DNA of 64,000 bases from Negaprion brevirostris (lineage: Eukaryota), in the NCBI GenBank assembly GCA_030324005.1, contig JARDVH010000084.1:92718927-92782926 (forward strand), in the 5' to 3' direction. Made by a program: the position numbers and the translations under genes. Under the pieces are notes generated by a model. It was given only the letters and a program-made list of their open reading frames with translations, did not search any database and was not told where the DNA came from. Numbering within the stretch: the first letter of the stretch is position 1; each line of letters begins with the position of its first letter. This document shows positions 54,491-64,000 of the stretch, in pieces.

Positions 54491-55290
54491 GGTTCAGCCT
54501 GTCGCCCGTGAAAACTTATGTCTACCACAATAATCAGCGCATCATTTGACATTCAGGTTTATCAGTCTACAGCAGGAAGGGCGCTTTCCCTTCCACTGAC
54601 TAGAAGGCACGACTGAGCAATTCCCTGTTGAGACTGCCTTTTGCATTTCTTAGGCTGTCGGGAGCACAAAATCATGGCAGAAAAGGGCTGCAGTTTCAGT
54701 TTTGGCCAACGAAGTCACAAAGTATCTTTGTGTACAGCCTTGCCACAATCTCAGACGGTATAAGGGTGTATGGCATTAAACATAAAATAATCTTTAGCAG
54801 GGTTCCTGATATTCTGACAATTTATTTGCGATTGCTTTTCTGTAGCTCAGTGGACATGGATTCGACAACGTAAGACTTTCACTTCAGCCAGAAGTACATT
54901 TAGGATAACACTGTCACTGTGTGTGGTCATTGCCGAAAGATTGCGGCTTTGTTATTTGCATGAGTGAAGATCGACGTGAGAGGCTGGTGAACTCCCTTGT
55001 GAAAATAGTAAATTTGCATCAATGCCGTCATAGTGCAACTAAATGCGTTTTTTCTTTTGCAGGGTATTGAGCAACTGGAGCTATCGTAATTTCCATAGCT
55101 TCTAGGAAACTACACAAATATATTTTCCCGCTTTTATGTGAACTGCAAATAAGTATTGAAACTTAACATATAGTTTTAGTCTTTTTATTCCGGTTGTGAT
55201 ATAATTAGAACTCATCCGATCCTTTCGATGTCCTATTCGTAAAATATTAAAAACTCCTGTTACGCAGACAACGACAAAAACCGTCCTCAC

Positions 55291-55317
55291 CCTTCATGTT
55301 TGCTTGAAGCTTGGCCT
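55291..55317 (-). CDS. Candidate 27-nt phase-1 micro-exon (E-AKLQANMK)
   Basis: aatattttaag|AGGCCAAGCTTCAAGCAAACATGAAGG|gtgagg; peptide resembles the 49487-49513 exon (E-x-K-L). Confidence 0.6.
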
Positions 55318-56199
55318 CTTAAAATATTTTTAAAAATCAAAATTAACTTGGATGCAAATTAACATGAATGTCGTTCGTGTTTGTTTGAAGTAGAAAGAGT
55401 CAGGTATAGCTGAGTATAGCAGAAAGGAATCAGTGTCCTTGAAGAGAAAAATGTTCGGGCTTCAATGGTACATAGATCTAATTTCCCCAGAAAAAAAAAA
55501 ATGTCTGGCAAGCTTACAGTTTGGCGAAAAGTCAATTTTTCATGTTGCAAAAAAGAATAACATAAATGTTTAAATAATGCAATGCTGTCAATGATATTCA
55601 ATTTGTTGATTTTCAAATTGTACAATTAAACATTATCAGATTGCAATTGCTCTAGAAATTAATGCAACAATACAATTTTGGTGTGTGCAAAAATGTTTAG
55701 AAGAACATTACAAATTTCAGATGGTTCTCTAATAGCGTCGATTTAGCACATATTGCTATAATGTAAGCAGCAAATTATTTAAATAACGTTATATACTGCA
55801 AACCAGACAGAAATAACAAGAGGTGCTCACTTGCTGAAAAGAAAGATGCATTCCAGGTGCTGTTTCTCAAACCATCGTCAGGACACACGGATTCCAGGTT
55901 TCAAAATATAACAGCAGAGCTTGTTGGTAGGTGGGCTCTAATTGTCCTAGGCTTTACCATGGAGTCAGGAATGAGGATGGATATCGTTAACTAAAAGCAA
56001 ATATGCAAGGCTTGAACGTATTCCATTTGCATGATATCAATATTTGAACCTTCTGCTGTATATAAAGCTTCCCATGAACACTTATATGCGATCCATCCTT
56101 GGATGAAATTCATGGTTGAAATGAGCAGCCCTTGGTCGGCTGTCGCTAAAACTATCCACAGATAGGTTTAATTCTACTCTATTCAACAAAAAAAAGTAC

Positions 56200-56220
56200 C
56201 TTCTCTGGTCATCGGCGTGC
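56200..56220 (-). CDS. Candidate 21-nt phase-1 micro-exon (x-TPMTRE)
   Basis: gttcaccaatag|GCACGCCGATGACCAGAGAAG|gtactt; weak pyrimidine tract and moderate donor. Confidence 0.3.
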
Positions 56221-57584
56221 CTATTGGTGAACTCAATCACAATATTGCCGATAGATCCGGAGACAGTTCCCGATCTTGTAAGATTAACACTAAAACTATG
56301 ACATGTCCTAGTTGCTCTGCCCGATATTGGCCATCGCCGTCACATCACTGTGTCCTCAATTAAAGAATGAACATAAGATCTTCACCACAGTCATGGAAAT
56401 TGTGAAACAAATCTTAAATTAGTCTGACAAGCGAGGCATTTCGTTGCTGCAAGGAACAGTTGAAGCGAAACACTTCCTTGTTGCTAGCTATACAAGGTTT
56501 ATTTCCGCTATTAGAATGCTGCTGACAAGGTAAGCGGACGGGAGAAATGATCTGTTTTCAGAAATGGTTCCTATTTGTTTTAAGAGCTCATCCGTTGCTA
56601 TGATGGTAATGCAATTGGAATATTTGAGGAGACTGCAGGTTTTTTTTCTGTATTTTGTGCAGACATACACATTTAATTAATAAAATCCACTGTTTAATTT
56701 GAACATATGTGTATAAACTGATTCATTGTTTTCAATGTTGAAACCTCCAAACGTAACATATTCAGGACATTACAAGCTACCACATTACATGGGCAAGGTG
56801 TGCAACGATCCGAGACCAGATCCCTGGCTCGTTGGTAAGATTAGGCGTTTGACAAATACGATTTGCTTAAGAGAGACAAAGCAAAACAAAACTCCAAAGA
56901 GTTGCACAGGGAACAAAGTTATAGGGTTCCATGTCCATGAACATAGGAAAAAATAACTTCTTAACGTGAACTCAAGTGAATTATAATCACTCTCTTGTGT
57001 GAAAACGAGCATGGCAAGGTATGTGTGCAAGTATATGAAAGAAAAAAAACAAACGATTCAGACAGAAGAAGGTATAAGGTATGTGTTCCTGGGATTTCGA
57101 AACACAAGGGCGCACAATCGGTGCAGAGAGGACAGAGTTGCGTTTTTAGTTTGTCTTCGTACGATGGTATAGCCCATTTGGAGATACGTAGGCTACAAGG
57201 AGAGAGCGGATTTGGAAGAAGTGGTATGCTGTTTGCCTTCAATTCAAATAATGATAACAGCTCCAGATCTTCTAAATAATCCAGTAAATCAGTAGCTGCC
57301 ACAAATTTAAAGTGACAGTGTTTTGACGCGAGCGCTCAGTCCAGTGTTTTACACATTCACTGCCATTGGTATTACCCCATTCACACAATTTGTCATTCTT
57401 GTAGCCACAGGAGTTCCGGGATTCGGCGTTTCAACATCGGCTGTAGGCACAGCGAGATTGTCCTGTGTCCCATATTTCTGATAAGGTTATGTTCAGCTTA
57501 CGGAAATGCAATCAAAAATTGAGTTAGTGGCTACCAGTCGGAATGCGGCAGACTTGTGTTCAGGAATGCTACATTGCTCCTTAC

Positions 57585-57599
57585 ACAACATATTTTCTT
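57585..57599 (-). CDS. Candidate 15-nt phase-1 micro-exon (x-ENML)
   Basis: ccttttgttttccgaaacag|AAGAAAATATGTTGT|gtaagg. It ends in T, so it would create a stop if joined to AA/AG-starting exons; weaker candidate. Confidence 0.35.
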
Positions 57600-58449
57600 C
57601 TGTTTCGGAAAACAAAAGGAAAGACCCTTCCTCTGGGTCGTGCACCCCGAGGCAAGTTCATGGAATTCGAGGTGGCTCAACTTCTGGGGAACGAAGAGTG
57701 AGAGTGAATTAACAATACATCTAGGGGGTCGATTGTGAGCGTTGAACAGTAGCGCATCTGCAGAACCCAGCGTGAATCCAGGATGTTGCGTTTCCTCCCT
57801 GGTGCCAATAACAATGAGCACATGTGCAGGACGATCTGAGGGGGTCAGATTAAAAAAAAAATCAAAGTCGAATTTCACATTAATTACGTCGACATACGCA
57901 ATAAGGACGTGTGATGTTTTGCTGTAGAATTTAGGGAGCTAGATTGCAGGATGAAACGTAGGACTTCAAATGTTGTAATCTCTGGGTCGCTAATGTTGCN
58001 NNNNNNNNNNNNNNNNNNNNNNNNNNNNNNNNNNNNNNNNNNNNNNNNNNNTGGACCGGATAATAGTGCGGTTCAAGAGATGATGCATGATTGAATTACA
58101 TGGATCAATGATACCTTCCTGGGGATGTTGAAACCTGTAATCTCGAATGTGTTGCATCGAGACTAATGTGGAAACAACAGACTTGCCGGGAAATTTGTGA
58201 GTGATTTTGGGCGTATGCGTGAATTTGCCTGCATGTATCTGGAACAGGGATGTGTCACAGTGTGGATATGACGTCAAGGCAATGCACAGCAAAATATATC
58301 GGAAAAAAAAACAACTCCGTCTGGAAGGCAGTGTGAAGAGTGACACACTNNNNNNNNNNNNNNNNNNNNNNNNNNNNNNNNNNNNNNNNNNNNNNNNNNN
58401 NNNNNNNNNNNNNNNNNNNNNNNNNNNNNNNNNNNNNNNNNNNNNNNNN

Positions 58450-58670
58450 AAAATCACTCGAAGGGTAGTGACAATCCGGAATTCATTTCCTCACAGAGTA
58501 ATGGAGGCGAAGCGCCTCACCATATTTAAGAATCGTTTAGATAAGCGCATGAAACGCCTTGGTATACAAGTTTACGGAACATGTATTGGAGAATGGAACC
58601 ATTAAAGATAGGTTTTTGATCATTCGAACGGACATGATGGCCCAAGGGCCTCTTTCTGTGCTGTGAAACG
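58450..58670 (+). mobile_element. CR1 3' end
   Basis: TRRVVTIRNSFP...IFKNRLDKRM and tail gggcctctttctgtgctgt. Confidence 0.8.
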
Positions 58671-60224
58671 TTATGCACGTATGTAAGTAAGATATGGCTT
58701 TAAAATAGCAGGTGGCCTGTGGTCGACCACATCACCCTGCACAATTAACGAAGGTATGTCTCAAGAGAGAGTGCACAGATTTCTAGTAGAGCTGCCCAGG
58801 CGTCTGTCACAATCCATATTCAAAGTGTTACACTTTAAAAAAATGTCTTTCAAAGCAATTATTCCATTGTTCATTTCTCAAGGTCCTTTCTTGCAATTGT
58901 CTGTGAAAATAAACATTCCCCAACTCATTGGCTTCGATATCAGTTCTCCTGAATTACGAAGCACACAGTGAAGATCCAATTCCCCACGCCCACCCGCCTC
59001 CCCACTCAAAGAAAAGATCCTCGGGTCTTCGGCCGCACCTAGCTGAGTACCATCATTTCAAAGCAATAACTTTGGTTCAATGCCCACTGCACAGAGTCAT
59101 CAATTTCTCAGTGATTCTTGGATTATCAGAGCAGCACTTAGCATTTTTAAAATAACCAGAAGTGCACGGAATCAACAGTTGTGCAACGGGTCAATTTTCA
59201 ATCACGCCTCCCAAGCCTCTATTTCCCCAAGCTCTCAAAGAAGAAAGAAGGAGTACAGTTACAATTTCGTGTGACGCAGATGAGAAACTATTTCACCAAT
59301 TGGATTGCTTCTCACCAGCGGTCAGCAGTTAAGAAACATCAACTTTAGCCTGCCTTTACACAGTGATTTTCTTCGTTGCAGCACGTTTCTCTGCTGCTCA
59401 AATGTAAGTTCAAATGTGTAATTTGCCGGCCGTTTATCCACGCTATGAGCCCAATTTTGGGACTAATCACTAGGTTTTCACCTGCATGAAACAACTACCT
59501 ACGCTGACGTTCCGTGCTCAATCGACAGATTTTGTGCTTCACCGCATTTCCTGAGAAAAGTGAACTGCTTCGAATGTAGGGTAAAAAATGCCGACGTGCG
59601 CAAGTGCAGTTGGTTCCCAATCTAAGCTCGAGCAAATCCACCGAGCCCTTACAGTGCTGGAATCCAACACTCTCCTCTCTCCAACTGTTTCCTTTGTTTT
59701 GCATTACANNNNNNNNNNTTTCAGTGCAGTTGAGATTTCATATATGTAAACCGAAAAATCAGTCATTGGCGGATCGTATTAAATCGCAGACCCCTTGTCT
59801 GTTTGCGATGACCATTTAAAGCCATCCCACAGGTGCAAAATTCGGATTTTTTCGATGATTAGATGAGATTCTATGATGGAACAAATGATTTAGTATTGCC
59901 ACATTCACAATGTGGCTCACTTAGGTTTACTAGGACTTGTATAGATTCAGACAGAACTGCGCAGAAAAGCGATACAAAATATGACGGGAACGGCAAGGAC
60001 TTGAACTAAAGGGAAACATGGTAATAGCCCCCTTTGCATTTCCGTTGGCCATCGCTCGACGTGTCAGAATCGACTGTCTATCCGCCATCACACTTTCTTA
60101 TCTGACCCGTTTGTTTTGTTTTGTTCAATTTGGCATATTGTATGTCGTGAGAATTCCCAGAGGGGAAACTCGAACAACATGTGTTTTATCTTTCTGTATT
60201 CTCACGCTTTGAACTCCAGTATGG

Positions 60225-60600
60225 AGGGGAGCCAGTGGAGAAATGGTATTGTCACTCTATGCTCTGTGGACCCATGTATGAACTTCAACATGGCAAGTAG
60301 TGAAACTTTAATTCAATATCAATTTGGCTTTTAAAAAAATCTAAACATGACCGAGTTTGCTCAATTGTTTTAAAACCAATCTTGAACACCAACTTTCTTC
60401 AGTGAAGTCAATCGATCATCCTTACCTCATCGAGCACCTCCATCAAGCGCAGAAGATCCACTTTACGAGCATGAACAACTCGATGGAATTGTTCGTTCTT
60501 GTAGCAATACGCGAACTTGGGATTATTCAGCAACTGCGACCCACTTGCCTAATAATATTTAACAGCGGACATCTCCCTTTTCTGCCCGCATGTGCGGACC
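60225..60600 (+). mobile_element. Old tRNA-head SINE (same family as 12240-12812)
   Basis: gtggagaaatggtattgtcact...aacatggcaagtagtgaaac...catccttacc. Confidence 0.5.
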
Positions 60601-62233
60601 AGTTCAATGAGGTCAGTGATTTCCGTACTCCGCAAAAAAAAACGATGATAACGTGATTTTTGATTTCATCAACTAATCTTTTGGACGTATATTTGACTCA
60701 ATCAAACAGCGTACTGCTTCCATTGTTAGCAGTGGGCGAAACTCGATTTGTTTTTTTTTAATCAGCCAACCTTTTCAAAACTAAAACAAAATAATATGCA
60801 TCATGTTCAAGCCTTTATCGTTAAAAAATGCACAGAAACTTGCAGAACCGATTTTTTTCCGCACACAATATCGTAGATAATCGGTGTTGTCTTGCCAAAT
60901 AATCAGTTTTTTTTTTATTGTTCCTCGTATATTATTGTTATAGGTTGAAATACTGGATTTCTGCGTTGGACCTGATGAATGAATAGAAAGTGATTTGGAA
61001 TGATATTTCATTTTTCAGCAATCTTCACCTTGTGGACGATAAATTTTCTGAAAATCATTTTCTACCTAAAATTTTACTATTCCTTTGCAGTTCTGAAAAT
61101 AAAGAAACGGATGAATATATTCGATTTCCTATGTAATTTAACTTCGATTGTTAAGCGGGAAATGTGAAGTACAGGGAAATAGTCGCCAGTAGATTATTTA
61201 AAGTAACATTTTTAGACTTAACATTTATTACTCATGCATCAATAAATCTATTTGTATTCATGTGGTGCCCATTGTGCAAATCAGAGGTGAAATGTGGAAG
61301 CCTTCACCTCACTGAGCACGGGCATTCATTTAAGTTTGTTTATACATGTACACACGAGAGAAAACATCTATTTATTTTTCAAACGGGGAGAATCAATTTG
61401 ATGACAATTGGGTGTTGGGAATCATAAATGTCGCAACTGACCTGTCCATTACACAGAACTGATTCAATGCTGTATACTTACGCAACATAAGGTTATGTGT
61501 ATACATTTCAGTGAACGTCCGTACATATATCAATAACGCTTGAGTTCCACCTTCATGGATCTTTCCACAACATTTGCTGATTGTCAAAAATCGGAATTAA
61601 AATTAATTTACTTAACGGGATCCAAAAGCAAAAATATTTACGGTCCTCCTTTTTATGAGACGGTTGATTTTGGAATTTAAAATCAATAGTGAGAATTAAT
61701 TTCCCTGTCAATTTTCGGGGTTATATCAACTTTAGCCTGCCTCCTGAATCAGAATTTAATTTCTTCTTATTTTGTATCTTTTTAAGTGTTAGGTTTGTTG
61801 GCATATCCAAACGCAATTCTTCTTGTAGCGATTTTTCTTCTGTTCTCTCATAAATAATTAATTCACTCATGGGCCCTATTTCATGTTGGTGAAGATAGGT
61901 TACTTATATTCAACTATCTATAACGAAGGAATCTAAAGAAATAATACCTCATTGAATGTATACTAATATTTATTTTAAAAACATTGGCAAATTCAAATCA
62001 AGACTTTGGTCTGGGACGACGACTACTTATTTATCTTGGAACTGTTTCAACCTTTAAATCGTGTCGGGGGAAGGACTAGAGATCGATGTTGAGTATATGG
62101 AACTGTTAATATCCTTCTCATGAAAAATCACGATAATCCCCTTTGCAGCAAAAAGGAAAGTGAATAATATTTTATCGAAATCGGTAATAGTTCGTGAGCA
62201 TAACTGCAACTTACTCTTTTGAGGGAAGATTAC

Positions 62234-62257
62234 CTTTAAAATGTATAACGTTTTCCA
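62234..62257 (-). CDS. Candidate 24-nt phase-1 micro-exon (x-ENVIHFK)
   Basis: Minus strand reads ctattttgttttaccacag|TGGAAAACGTTATACATTTTAAAG|gtaatc: pyrimidine tract, CAG acceptor, AAG|GTAAT donor, 3n length, open in phase 1. Confidence 0.6.
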
Positions 62258-62944
62258 CTGTGGTAAAACAAAATAGAAAGTCGTCTAAATAAGTAATTAA
62301 GAAATGCTAATTTTATATTTCGTCTATCTCACTGAGAGTGGCAAAATGTGGCATTGGCTCATGACAGTAGCTGTCATTATTTTTCAATCCTCTAGTTTAT
62401 TTTGTTGTGAACTGGGGGGCAACAAGTAATTCCAACTTGACCTTGGTTGAGATTCACTGTGTAATATGCCCTCTCGTCATGAAATGCATCTTGACAAGCT
62501 GCTGCAATAATTTTGGGGTACCACTTAACCGTCACCTTATATGTTACTTCATTCCTTTGCCAGACATTCCGACGGGTTTAACTCAAATGCAATGAAAATG
62601 TCACGAACAGAATCTGATTTGTTTTTTTTGGTGGTGGAATTATAGCAGGTATAGGTTGAGCAACGCGTATCTGTTTAAGGATTCCTGATGGTCAGTGGGC
62701 GACTAACATTTTTGTCTCTGTTCACAGAATCTTAGCTTAATATTTTGCTCCAACTCTCATTGTTTTGAATTCTCACTATTAACGGATTTCCCTTCATAAT
62801 GTACATTGACAAAACATGAACTGAAGATTGTTTAATGAACCTCAACGCACAGATTGAAATGTGGTAGAAGCATGTACAATTACATTTGATTTTCAGGAAA
62901 ATTTGGATGCTGTACGATTGTATTTAGTGTGCTTCTTTCGGGTA

Positions 62945-63112
62945 AATAAGCACAGTGGAACAGTGGTTTTCACTGCTACCTCGCAGCGCCAGGGACCTGG
63001 TTCGATTCCTGGCTTGAATTATGTCTGTGCAGAGTCTGGGCGTTCTCCCCATGTCTGCATAGATTTTTCACACGTACTACAGTTTCCTCCCATAGTCCGC
63101 AATGGTGTTAGT
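62945..63112 (+). mobile_element. HE1-type SINE, 5' part
   Basis: cactgctacctcgcagcgccagggacctggttcgattcc (A/B boxes). Confidence 0.8.
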
Positions 63113-63374
63113 NNNNNNNNNNNNNNNNNNNNNNNNNNNNNNNCAGTACACCCAAACAGTCGCTGGGGTTTTCGAAGTAACTTCCTTGATTTGTTGAGTG
63201 ATTCTGCTTTTGACACAAATAAATAATCATTAAAAAAAGTAAGTGAAGGGTGGCGGATAACTCTTCATCGGACAATGCGATTGGAGGGTCTTACTCTCTT
63301 GTTACTGCATTAACGTATTTCAATTTCATAACTGATATACTTAACTGACGAAATAATGCTTAGAATTTAAGTTA

Positions 63375-63690
63375 CGTGGGTGGCATTGTGGCAGATTTCT
63401 CAGCTCGGCTGCCTTACAGTGCCAGAGAGTTGGGTGCAATTTCAAACATTCGTGTATAGCTGGTACACGTACTCGCCATTTTCGAAGTTTCCTGAATTGT
63501 TTTGGTTTCCTTCCGGAGTCCATATATGTGCAGGTTAACTTGTTTGGCCCTGCTAAAATGTATTTAGTGTCAAGCAGATTAATATCGTAAATATCTGGGT
63601 TATAGTGATAAGGCGTGCGTTGGAGTGTTCTCCGATCAGTCTAAAGTTACCAAATGGACTCCTTCTGCACTGTACGAATTATGTGATTCC
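63375..63690 (+). mobile_element. Old HE1-type SINE
   Basis: gtgcaggttaac...ggccctgctaaa V-domain remnant; ccttctgcactgta tail. Confidence 0.7.
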
Positions 63691-64000
63691 ATGATACAAC
63701 AGTATAACAATTTGGAGCTGGTAAACAACGAAATATAACGTTGCAAACACTTTTGATTGCAGAAAAAAAAACATGGCTATATCTGATACTTCACTGAATT
63801 TAGCCTTGAGGTCCCCATCCTCTGGAAACAAAGAGAACCAAATATTATGCATCAGGTAATTGAATTGCATGGACGAAAATAGTCAGCTCCCCTCATTGAC
63901 TTTGAAAGAAACAACATTGTATGTGTGTTACTGTTATTCTTTTTACGGTCTCTCGAAATGAATAATTGCACCTTAAAAATGCGAGATCCCATTGCTAGGT

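Noticed and set aside
57531-57878. 115-aa minus ORF after a plausible acceptor at about 57836
   Set aside because: No recognisable domain (not Ig-like) and no convincing in-frame donor.
60972-60990. CTGATGA...GAAA hammerhead-like core; also a degenerate one near 12842-12870
   Set aside because: Stem II cannot pair (A/A) and no flanking stems were found; the 12842 copy has a mutated core.
6726-61049. Other minus-strand AG..GT pairs of 14, 19, 20, 22, 23 and 28 nt (near 11850, 61040, 26670, 33240, 30820, 6740) and 30-nt pairs with in-frame stops (42652-42681, about 52446-52475)
   Set aside because: Not frame-preserving or they contain stops. Recorded as the background of chance matches, which means the weaker 3n candidates may also be false.

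Overview
Eukaryotic, repeat-rich, gappy draft scaffold, almost certainly from a cartilaginous fish (shark or ray): it carries many decayed CR1/HER1-type LINEs, HE1-type SINEs, L2, L1/Tx1 and Rex-Babar fragments. None of the ORF-track entries is a convincing host gene. Reading splice signals by eye shows a chain of 16 short exons (15-36 nt) plus one of 111 nt on the minus strand, from about 62.3 kb to 5.2 kb. All have AG/GT borders, are multiples of 3 and are open in phase 1. Spliced together they give an uninterrupted Glu/Lys/Leu/Gln-rich, coiled-coil-like peptide. The window therefore looks like the interior of a micro-exon gene, architecturally like butyrophilin/chicken BG/TSBP1 heptad-exon tails (inference; gene not identified), with candidate alternative terminal exons and decayed exon copies. 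A separate ~1.35 kb G-poor, C/A-rich block (52870-54230) has no recognisable homology and is unexplained. All calls are by eye; no database or transcript evidence was available.
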